The notes below the pieces were generated by a model. That model had not been told where the DNA came from, did no database searches, and was given only the letters and a program-made list of their open reading frames with translations. Made by a program: the position numbers and the translations under genes. From Anaerolineales bacterium (GTDB lineage Bacteria; Chloroflexota; Anaerolineae; Anaerolineales; Villigracilaceae): a stretch of 64,000 bases of DNA. Positions 49,347-57,053 of the stretch are shown here, in pieces (positions within the stretch are counted from its first letter, which is position 1; each line of letters opens with the position of its first letter). The DNA is taken from assembly GCA_016789025.1 (NCBI GenBank), contig JAEURC010000013.1, positions 94 to 64,093 of the forward strand. Reading direction: 5' to 3'.

Positions 49347-50078
49347 GTGAACATTGGCAAGGCATTTTCATTCGTTTTTGAAGACAAGCAGTGGATCAGC
49401 AAACTCGGCTTGGGCGCGTTGATCACCTTCATCCCCATCCTGAATTTCGCATGGACGGGTTACATGGTCGGCATCATCCGCAACGTGATGAATAATTCGC
49501 CCGAACCCCTGCCCACCTGGGACGATTTCGGCAAAAAACTGACAGACGGTTTACTGTTGACGGTGGCAAGCCTTGTGTATTCCCTGCCGATCATCGTCGT
49601 GTTCTGTCTGCCTATGAGCTTTATGATCGTGCCAGCCATCCTTTCAGGGAACGCAGACATGCAAGGGCTGGCGGAAGCAGTCGCGGGTCTGGGAACCGCG
49701 TTGTTTTTCTGCCTGCTGTGTGTGTTCGTGGTCTACACATTGGCTCTTTCGGTGATCTTTCCCGCCATCCTCGTGATCTTTGCGCGCGAAGGGACGCTCG
49801 CCTCGTGCTTCAAATTCCGCGAGGTGTTCGAACTCGTGAGCAAAAACCTAACTCCCTTCCTCACCGCGTGGGGTGTGAGCATCGGCGCGAGCATTGGCGT
49901 GAGTCTCATCGTCAGCGCCGCGCAATTTGTGCTGAACTTCATTCCCTGCATTGGGCAGATCGCCGCGTTCATCATCACATTTGGAATCGTTGTGTACACC
50001 ACTGCCATCTACGGTCATTTGTTCGGACAGTTCGGCAACATCGCCGCTGGGCAGAATCAAGCAATGATGCAAAGTTGA
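49347..50078 (+). CDS. DUF4013-like membrane protein
   Basis: FSFVFEDKQWISKLGLGALITFIPILNFAWTGYMVGIIRNV. GTG start after GGAGG. Confidence 0.7.
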   Translation: MNIGKAFSFVFEDKQWISKLGLGALITFIPILNFAWTGYMVGIIRNVMNNSPEPLPTWDDFGKKLTDGLLLTVASLVYSLPIIVVFCLPMSFMIVPAILSGNADMQGLAEAVAGLGTALFFCLLCVFVVYTLALSVIFPAILVIFAREGTLASCFKFREVFELVSKNLTPFLTAWGVSIGASIGVSLIVSAAQFVLNFIPCIGQIAAFIITFGIVVYTTAIYGHLFGQFGNIAAGQNQAMMQS

Positions 50079-50225
50079 TTTGGACGTTGAGAACACAGAA
50101 AACGCTGATTTTAAATTTTTTATCGGCGTATATCAGCGTTCATCTGCGTCCAGAAATGTTTATATTTTGCAACCAATCTCCTGAACTCTCGTATAAGCCA
50201 TAGAAAATCATTTCAGGAGAACGAT

Positions 50226-50723
50226 ATGAACACAACCAAACCCACCCTTGTCCACGTCATTGCATGGACCACCCTTGCCAGCGGCATCGTCAACATCGTC
50301 TGGGGGTTCGCTGCATCGGGCACCGCCATCAGCACCTTGATTGGCGCCATCTGCGTGCCGCTCACCATCCTCCCCACGCTCCTCGGCGTGTTCGAGTTGA
50401 TCTACGCCGCCAAGCTCTTCAGCAACCCGCCGCAAGCCATCCAGCCATCCACCAATATCGCTGTTTTTGAAGTCGCCTGCGCCCTGCTTGGCAACGCCTT
50501 CTCGATGGCAGTCGGCATCCTTTCGCTCGTTTTCTACAACGATTCCGTGGTCAAGGATTACTTCGCCCGCCTGAACGGAACTCCCACTCCCTCACCTGTG
50601 ACTCCCGTTCCGCCCGCGTCACTTCCTCCGCTTGAACCTGCCCCAGCCACCGAAGAATTGTCCGCCCCTGTTGAGGAGGCACCCTCCAAACCGAAACGCG
50701 CTCCACGCAAAATGGCGAAGTAA
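50226..50723 (+). CDS. Hypothetical membrane protein with Pro-rich C-terminal tail
   Basis: Four hydrophobic segments and AGGAG upstream. No family recognised. Confidence 0.55.
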   Translation: MNTTKPTLVHVIAWTTLASGIVNIVWGFAASGTAISTLIGAICVPLTILPTLLGVFELIYAAKLFSNPPQAIQPSTNIAVFEVACALLGNAFSMAVGILSLVFYNDSVVKDYFARLNGTPTPSPVTPVPPASLPPLEPAPATEELSAPVEEAPSKPKRAPRKMAK

Positions 50724-50741
50724 CTAGAAGTCATCTCAAAA

Positions 50742-50826
50742 ATGTCACCCTGAGCGTCAGCGAAGGGTCTCTACTGCCCAAATAAGAGACTCTTCGGTCG
50801 CAAACCCCGCTCCCTCAGAGTGACAC
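50742..50826. repeat. Family-B palindromic element, copy B5
   Basis: ATGTCACCCTGAGCGTCAGCGAAGGGTCTC ... CGCTCCCTCAGAGTGACAC. Confidence 0.8.
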
Positions 50827-50851
50827 GGTGTTTTTGAGACAAGTTCTAATG

Positions 50852-50895
50852 AGACCTCACAGGTATTGTAAAACGGTGAGGTCTTCTTTATTTCT
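50852..50895 (+). terminator. Rho-independent terminator
   Basis: AGACCTCAC (15 nt) GTGAGGTCT followed by a TCTTTATTTCT tail. Confidence 0.6.
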
Positions 50896-50899
50896 CCTC

Positions 50900-50928
50900 T
50901 TGACTCTCACCTCCCTCAACCGTAAAAT
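50900..50928 (+). promoter_or_regulatory. Sigma-70-type promoter of the glycine-cleavage leader
   Basis: TTGACT, 17 nt spacer, TAAAAT. Located immediately upstream of the riboswitch. Confidence 0.5.
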
Positions 50929-50935
50929 CAAATCA

Positions 50936-51297
50936 CAATTGAACGGGCAACAGGGAAGAGACTCAAACGTAGTGACGATTTCAATCGTCAGCAAATAACG
51001 ACTAAAATCGCTACTACGAAATGGGCGCCGAAGGTGCAAATCTGGAGACTGGCGAAACCAGATGAATCTCTCAGGCAAAAGGACCCTGCTCCCGAATCCA
51101 CTCTGGAAAGTTTGATTGTTGCGCAGTTGAACTGCGCGACAACAACACCGACGGTGTAAAGTTAGTTTAGTAGTTGGTTAGTTCAATAGTTGGATAGTTG
51201 AAAAACTATGAAACTATAAAACTAAGAAACTATCAAACTAAACTAATCTCTCAGGTCACATTACAGAGGCGCGCGAAGAATATTCGTGCGCCTTTTT
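50936..51297 (+). promoter_or_regulatory. Tandem-aptamer glycine riboswitch with terminator expression platform
   Basis: Aptamer 1: GGGAAGAG...GCGCCGAAGGTGCAA...CTCTCAGGCAAAAGGAC. Aptamer 2: CTCTGGAAAG...CACCGACGGTGTAAA...CTCTCAGGTCACATTACAGAG. Then a hairpin plus T5. Lies upstream of gcvH. Confidence 0.8.
51268..51297 (+). terminator. Riboswitch-controlled intrinsic terminator
   Basis: GGCGCGCGA AGAATAT TCGTGCGCC followed by TTTTT. Confidence 0.65.
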
Positions 51298-51382
51298 GAT
51301 TCGCCAAAACCCAGTACGGCAAGATTTATCTTGCGCTCTCGCAAAATGAATTTTGCGGCACAACTTCACAAGGAGAATACAC

Positions 51383-51760
51383 ATGAACACCCCCTCCAAT
51401 TTGAAATATGCAAAGTCAGATGAATGGTTCGACCCCGCGAGCGGAAAAGTGGGCATCACCGATTATGCCCAGAATCAACTCTCCGACATTGTCTTCGTCG
51501 AAATTTTCGTCGAAGCGGGAGAGGAGATCGCGGCAGGCAAGGCGATTGCTTCCGTTGAGTCGGTGAAAGCGTCGTCAGAGATTTATGCGCCCGCGGGCGG
51601 AAAAGTCGCGGCGGTGAATAAAGATTTGCCGAACAAGCCTGAGACCATCAACACCGATCCGTTCGGCGCGGGATGGATGATTCAACTCGAAGGCGGATCC
51701 GCTGGCGATATGATGGACGCGGCGGCGTATGAGAAACATTGCGAGGAACGAAGTCATTAG
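51383..51760 (+). CDS. gcvH: Glycine cleavage system protein H
   Basis: LKYAKSDEW..., lipoyl-lysine block VESVKASSEIYAP. ATG 51383 follows AAGGAG. Confidence 0.9.
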   Translation: MNTPSNLKYAKSDEWFDPASGKVGITDYAQNQLSDIVFVEIFVEAGEEIAAGKAIASVESVKASSEIYAPAGGKVAAVNKDLPNKPETINTDPFGAGWMIQLEGGSAGDMMDAAAYEKHCEERSH

Positions 51761-51823
51761 TTATCAGTGAACAGTGGACAGTGATCAGTACTGATAACTG
51801 ATTACTGATCACTCCGTCACTGG
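51761..51823. repeat. Periodic CAGTGAN-type array forming an imperfect hairpin
   Basis: TTATCAGTGAACAGTGGACAGTGATCAGT ACTGATAACTGATTACTGATCACTCCGTCACTG between gcvH and gcvPA. Confidence 0.7.
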
Positions 51824-51836
51824 TCTTGGAGTCACC

Positions 51837-53189
51837 ATGACATATATCCCAATAAGTCCCCACGAACGCGATGAGATGCTCGCAACGGTCGGCGTTAAAT
51901 CGCTGGATGATCTGTTCGACGCCGTGCCAGCCAAACATCGCTTCCCCAAACTGGACCTGCCTCCCGCGTGGACAGAAATGGAAGCGTTGGAAGAATTGTC
52001 CAACATCGCAAGCGCCAACGAACATGTGCGCGGCGATCTGATCTCCTTCCTCGGCGCGGGCATGTATCATCACTACATCCCGTCTGTGATTGACCACATG
52101 CTGAGGCGCGGAGAATTTTATACCGCGTACACGCCATACCAGCCCGAAATTTCACAAGGCACATTGCAAGCCATCTTCGAATATCAATCGTTGATGGCGG
52201 CGCTGACCGGCATGGACGTGTCGAACGCGTCTCATTACGACGGGGCGACCGCCACAGCCGAAGCGGTGAACTTGGCGAACGCCCAATTCCGCGGTAAACG
52301 CAAGAAGGTGGTCATCTCCCCCACTGTGCATCCGCAATACCGCGCGGTGATCCGCACGTACACGCAAGGCATGGATTTGCAACTTGTCGGCGATGAAGCG
52401 AACGCCGAACTCGATACCGACCCCAGTGATCTACTCGCGCATGTCGGCGAAGATACGTGTCTCGTCATCGTGCAGTATCCCGATTTCTTCGGGCGCGTGT
52501 ACGATTACAAAAAATTCATTGACGATGTCCATGCCAAAGGCGCGTTGGTCTGCGTGGTTGCGAACCCGACCGCGCTGGCGATGTTCAAAACGCCTGGCGA
52601 AATGGGCGCGGATATCGTTGTCGGCGACGGACAGCCGCTGGGAATCCCAATGTGGTTCGGCGGACCAAGCGTCGGATTTTTCACGACGCGCAAGCAATAC
52701 GTCCACAAGATGGCGGGACGGTTGATCGGCGAAACGGTGGACAACAAAGGTCAACGCGCGTATGTGCTAACCCTCACCGCGCGCGAACAACACATCAAAC
52801 GCGAACGCGCCACGAGCAACATCTGCACCAATCAAGGTTTGCTCGCGCTTGCCTCCGCAATTTATTTGAGCGTGTTGGGCAAAAACGGATTGAAGCAGGT
52901 TGCGAATCTTTGTTATCAAAAAGCGCATTACGCCGCGCGCGAATTGAGCAAGATCAAAGGCTACAAAGTTTCATCTGAAACTTTCTTCCATGAGTTTGTG
53001 TTGGAATGTCCTCAGCCCGCGAGCGACGTCAACGCGCACTTGCTTGAACACGGCATCCTCGGCGGGTACGATCTGGGTCAGGATTATCCGTCGCACAAAA
53101 ATCATTTGCTGGTCGCCGTAACCGAGATGAATTCAAAAGAAGAAATTGACACGCTTGTTGAGGTGTTGTCGGAGGTGAAACATGGTTAG
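51837..53189 (+). CDS. gcvPA: Glycine dehydrogenase (decarboxylating) subunit 1
   Basis: Typical N-terminus MTYIPISPHERDEMLATVG, FLGAGMYHHYIP, YTPYQPEISQG. Confidence 0.95.
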   Translation: MTYIPISPHERDEMLATVGVKSLDDLFDAVPAKHRFPKLDLPPAWTEMEALEELSNIASANEHVRGDLISFLGAGMYHHYIPSVIDHMLRRGEFYTAYTPYQPEISQGTLQAIFEYQSLMAALTGMDVSNASHYDGATATAEAVNLANAQFRGKRKKVVISPTVHPQYRAVIRTYTQGMDLQLVGDEANAELDTDPSDLLAHVGEDTCLVIVQYPDFFGRVYDYKKFIDDVHAKGALVCVVANPTALAMFKTPGEMGADIVVGDGQPLGIPMWFGGPSVGFFTTRKQYVHKMAGRLIGETVDNKGQRAYVLTLTAREQHIKRERATSNICTNQGLLALASAIYLSVLGKNGLKQVANLCYQKAHYAARELSKIKGYKVSSETFFHEFVLECPQPASDVNAHLLEHGILGGYDLGQDYPSHKNHLLVAVTEMNSKEEIDTLVEVLSEVKHG

Positions 53190-54693
53190 CACATTGGATG
53201 CAACGACTCCGAAAATTGTGGAACCGACGATCTTTGATCTTTCCTCGCCCGGACGAGTCGGCGTACGGATGCCCGAGTCAGACGTCCCTGCGGCTGACTC
53301 GCCTCCTCCGCATTTGCTGCGCTCCGAGTTGCCGCTTCCCGAACTCGCCGAAGTGGACGTTGTCCGCCATTACGTCCGACTCTCAAAATTTAATTACAGC
53401 GTGGACGGCGGGTTTTATCCGCTTGGCTCATGCACGATGAAATACAACCCGAAGATCAACGAAGACACGTGCCGATTGCCGGGCTTTTTGTTCACGCATC
53501 CGTTGCAACCTGTTGAGACCGTGCAGGGCAATCTCGCGTTGATGTATCAATTGCAAGAGTGGTTGAAAGAGATCGCGGGATTCGCGGGCGTGACGCTGCA
53601 ACCCGCCGCGGGCGCGCACGGAGAATTTACGGGCGTGTTGATGATGCGCGCGTATCATAAATCGCGCGGCGACGAGAAACGCGTGAAGATGCTCATCCCC
53701 GACGCGGCGCATGGGACGAACCCCGCGTCGGTGGGTATGATGGGAATGACGGTTGTGACGATTCCCTCTGATGATCGCGGCAATGTTGATCTGAAAAAAT
53801 TGGAAGAGGCGTGCGACGATACCGTCGTCGGCATGATGCTCACCAACCCGAACACGCTCGGCATGTTCGATGAAAATGTCGAGAAGGTGATCTCGCTCGT
53901 GCATGGATGCGGCGGCTTGATGTATGGCGACGGCGCGAATCTGAATCCGTTACTCGGCATCGTCCGCCCTGGTGATTTGGGCTTTGACGTGATGCACTTC
54001 AACTTGCACAAAACATTTGCCGTTCCGCACGGCGGCGGCGGACCTGGAGTTGGTCCCGTTGGAGTCGGTCCCAAACTCGTGGACTTTTTGCCTGAGCCGC
54101 TTGTGGGAATCATTGAAGAGGGCGAAGAGGATATGCCTCCGCTGTATGGCTTTGTCAAACCTGCGAAGACGATCGGTCGCATGAAAGCCTTCCACGGACA
54201 TTTCGGCGGCGGCTTCGTCCGTTCGTTCACCTACATCGCCATGCACGGACCTGACGGACTCAAAGACATCGCGCAATACGCGGTGTTGAATGCCAACTAT
54301 CTGCAAGCGAGACTGCGCGATCATTATCACATTCCGTTTGATCGCATCTGCATGCACGAGTTTGTGATGGAAGGTCAGTTTGAAGGAAGCGATGTTAGAG
54401 CGTTGGACATTTCCAAGCGCCTGATGGACTACAACTTCCATCCGCCTACAAATTATTTCCCGCTCATCGTCCACGAAGCGTTGATGATCGAGCCGACCGA
54501 GACCGAAAATAAAGACACGCTCGATGCTTTCGCCGACGCGCTGATTCAGATCGCGAAGGAGGCGAAGTCTACGCCTGAGATCGTCAAGTCCGCGCCGAAC
54601 GATACGCTGTTCGGAAGGATGGACGAGGTCAAGGCGGCGAGGGAGTTGGTGTTGTGCTGTTGGCTGCCTGAGGGGTATGATTTGAACGCGTAA
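53182..54693 (+). CDS. gcvPB: Glycine dehydrogenase (decarboxylating) subunit 2
   Basis: GSCTMKYNP, and PLP site HFNLHKTFAVPHGGGGPG. Overlaps the gcvPA stop. Confidence 0.95.
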   Translation: MVSTLDATTPKIVEPTIFDLSSPGRVGVRMPESDVPAADSPPPHLLRSELPLPELAEVDVVRHYVRLSKFNYSVDGGFYPLGSCTMKYNPKINEDTCRLPGFLFTHPLQPVETVQGNLALMYQLQEWLKEIAGFAGVTLQPAAGAHGEFTGVLMMRAYHKSRGDEKRVKMLIPDAAHGTNPASVGMMGMTVVTIPSDDRGNVDLKKLEEACDDTVVGMMLTNPNTLGMFDENVEKVISLVHGCGGLMYGDGANLNPLLGIVRPGDLGFDVMHFNLHKTFAVPHGGGGPGVGPVGVGPKLVDFLPEPLVGIIEEGEEDMPPLYGFVKPAKTIGRMKAFHGHFGGGFVRSFTYIAMHGPDGLKDIAQYAVLNANYLQARLRDHYHIPFDRICMHEFVMEGQFEGSDVRALDISKRLMDYNFHPPTNYFPLIVHEALMIEPTETENKDTLDAFADALIQIAKEAKSTPEIVKSAPNDTLFGRMDEVKAARELVLCCWLPEGYDLNA

Positions 54694-54708
54694 GGTAAAT
54701 CAAATTAC

Positions 54709-54748
54709 CAAGAGACCAAGTTGAAAAGCTTGGTCTCTTGCATTTTTA
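54709..54748 (+). terminator. Rho-independent terminator after gcvPB
   Basis: CAAGAGACCAAG TTGAAAAG CTTGGTCTCTTG then CATTTTT. Confidence 0.7.
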
Positions 54749-54768
54749 AAAAAGGGTAAAATAATAAC

Positions 54769-55101
54769 ATGAACGAGAAAGCGCCTGCGCAGATTAGAAA
54801 GCTAATGAAGGAATTGAAAGAAGGTCTCCAAGGTATCTATGGGGATCAATTGAAAGCCGTCTATCTATACGGCTCCTATGCGCGCGGGGATTACCGCCCA
54901 GGCTCGGATGTAGATGTGATGGTCCTGCTAAAAGACTATAGAGATTATTGGAAAGAATACATGCGTTCCAGCGATTACGTCAGTGATATTTCGCTCAAAT
55001 ATGATGTGACGATAAGTTACATACTCATTAAGGAGCTTCAATGGAAAGAAGCAGATAAACCCGTTCTTCGCAATATCCGCAGAGACGGTATGCCTGCATG
55101 A
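54769..55101 (+). CDS. MNT-type nucleotidyltransferase (antitoxin of HEPN/MNT module)
   Basis: YLYGSYARGDYRPGSDVDVMVLL = GSxxRGxxxxxSDxD signature. Has a 4-nt overlap with the HEPN gene. Confidence 0.85.
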   Translation: MNEKAPAQIRKLMKELKEGLQGIYGDQLKAVYLYGSYARGDYRPGSDVDVMVLLKDYRDYWKEYMRSSDYVSDISLKYDVTISYILIKELQWKEADKPVLRNIRRDGMPA

Positions 55102-55484
55102 AAGAGCATTCAAGAAAGTTGCTCGATAAAGCCCTGGATTCCATCGAGGTCGCTGAGGGAATCCTTGATATGGACAAACCAGATATGGCCGCGGGACGCG
55201 CCTACTACGCAATGTTCTATGTAGCTGAAGCAATGTTGTATGAAAAAGGGTTGGAATTTAACTCTCATGGTCAGGTGATCGGCGCGTATGGGAAAGAATT
55301 TGCAAAAACAGAGGAACTCGACCAAAAATTCCATCGCTGGCTGAGGGCGGGATTCGATGCGCGCATTTCTGGCGATTATGATGTTGACACGAACCTCACC
55401 AATCAGTTTGTTGCGGACATGATCAATCAAGCCCGCGAGTTTCTCGAAGCCGCGCAAAGCTATTTGAAAAAGCAAAAAACATAA
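55098..55484 (+). CDS. HEPN domain protein (toxin of HEPN/MNT module)
   Basis: Helical 128-aa protein: AGRAYYAMFYVAEAML...FDARISGDYD, arranged as in HEPN partners of MNT. Confidence 0.75.
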   Translation: MKEHSRKLLDKALDSIEVAEGILDMDKPDMAAGRAYYAMFYVAEAMLYEKGLEFNSHGQVIGAYGKEFAKTEELDQKFHRWLRAGFDARISGDYDVDTNLTNQFVADMINQAREFLEAAQSYLKKQKT

Positions 55485-55497
55485 CGTGCAGTTTGAC

Positions 55498-55596
55498 AGG
55501 GTGGATGAAGTCAAAGCGGCGAGGGAGTTGGTGCTGTGTTCGTTTCGACACGCTCAACGCAAGGCTGGTTGCCTGAGGGGTATGATGAGCGCGTAA
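55498..55596 (+). pseudogene. Degenerate duplicate of the gcvPB 3' end
   Basis: AGGGTGGATGAAGTCAAAGCGGCGAGGGAGTTGGTGCTGTG...CTGGTTGCCTGAGGGGTATGATGAGCGCGTAA aligns with 54616..54693, with a few substitutions and an insert of about 25 nt. Confidence 0.75.
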
Positions 55597-55804
55597 CAAA
55601 TTTTATGTGGGGGCGGACGGCTGTCCGCCCCTACGGTTTATAATGGGGATCACTATGAACGACAGTATCAGCAATAATCTCTACAACCTCCTCAAAGGCA
55701 CATGGTCAGGCGCAGGGCGCGGGCGGAATAAATGAACAGTTTTACATGAGAGGATGAGTAGATTTGTTCGTTCAATGCCAATCATGGCACGTAAGGAGAT
55801 AGAG

Positions 55805-56215
55805 ATGGAAAAACTATTATCAACGAACTCCTTCAGCACGCCAATTTATGTGGGAATGTTTTTGATCCTCACGGCGATCATTGGGCTGGTTGCAAACCTC
55901 GCTGGCATTTGGATTCCAGCCATATATATAGACTTTCAAGCAAATGCAAATAATAGTGAAACGAATGTGATAGCCGGCGCCGACGCCACTCTGGTTGCAA
56001 TGTTCATTTGCTCCCCCATCGCTCTGGTTACGGGACCAATATCTGGGATTGTCGGCGGAGTCGTCAGCACATACCTCGCAATGCGCTACAAGAGCGATTC
56101 CACCCTGTTGCATTGGGTAAGTGGAAGTATCGGCGCAGGGTTGACCGGATTCGTTGTCGGCGTCCTTCCATTCGCCGCGATCTATCTCTACGATGCTATC
56201 TTTGCATCAATCTGA
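55805..56215 (+). CDS. Hypothetical membrane protein (AT-richer islet)
   Basis: ATG 55805 follows AAGGAG. Four hydrophobic segments. No family recognised. Confidence 0.5.
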   Translation: MEKLLSTNSFSTPIYVGMFLILTAIIGLVANLAGIWIPAIYIDFQANANNSETNVIAGADATLVAMFICSPIALVTGPISGIVGGVVSTYLAMRYKSDSTLLHWVSGSIGAGLTGFVVGVLPFAAIYLYDAIFASI

Positions 56216-56486
56216 ATGAAAACATTCCAGCAAAACCTGCCAGCGCGTCGGCTCCTGAAGTTTCCCCCACAGTAAGAATATTTTTCATTGTTCTTTGAAT
56301 TTCAATTTCATCCTCCGACACAAGTGCGTTGAAAACATTGGCTAATTCGGACGGATGAATGATCCACGGAACACCTCGGGGTTCCCGAAGAACTCCGAGG
56401 TCTTTTCAAATTCCCTGTTACGATTCAAGCATCTAGTGGCACTACCTACTGTGCGCACAACACAGCAGGAGTCGCCTCACGCATTT

Positions 56487-57053
56487 ATGACCAGCCCTCA
56501 CTACCCGTCTATGGACGACGCAAGCCTCGCGCAACAAGCCCGCGCCGAGCCTGAGGCGTTCGCCGAGTTGTATCGTCGTCACGTTGCGAGCGTGTATCGT
56601 TATCACATGGCGCACACGGGCAACGCGCACGACGCGGAAGACCTCACTTCGCAGACGTTCATGGCGGCGTTGGAGGGGATTCGATCCTATCGCGGCGCGG
56701 CTCCGTATATTGCGTGGCTGATGGGAATCGCTTCCAGACTGCGACTCCGCTTCTTTACGGCGACCAAGCCTGAGGTCCCGTTGGAGGCGGCGCTTCACAT
56801 CCCGACCCCCAGCCTGCCTACCGATAAGTCGGCTTTTCAACGCCTCGAGCGGACTCAGATCATCAACGCGCTCAAACAGCTCAGCAGTGACCGCGCCGAA
56901 GCGTTGATCCTGTGTTTTTTTAGCGAACTCAGTTTCGCCGAAGCGGCTTCTGTGATGGGCAAAAGTGAAGCGGCTGTCAAAATGCTCGTCTCGCGCGGAC
57001 TGCAAGACCTGCGCGCGCGTTCTTCCATTGCATTGGAGATGGACCATGAATAA
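56487..57053 (+). CDS. ECF-type RNA polymerase sigma-70 factor
   Basis: Region 2: FAELYRRHVASVYRYHMAHTGNAHDAEDLTSQTF. Region 4: LSFAEAASVMGKSEAAVKMLVSRGLQDLR. Confidence 0.85.
   Translation: MTSPHYPSMDDASLAQQARAEPEAFAELYRRHVASVYRYHMAHTGNAHDAEDLTSQTFMAALEGIRSYRGAAPYIAWLMGIASRLRLRFFTATKPEVPLEAALHIPTPSLPTDKSAFQRLERTQIINALKQLSSDRAEALILCFFSELSFAEAASVMGKSEAAVKMLVSRGLQDLRARSSIALEMDHE

Noticed and set aside
50857-51078. 73-aa minus-strand ORF
   Set aside because: It overlaps the promoter and first aptamer of the glycine riboswitch, so the conserved RNA motifs explain the region.
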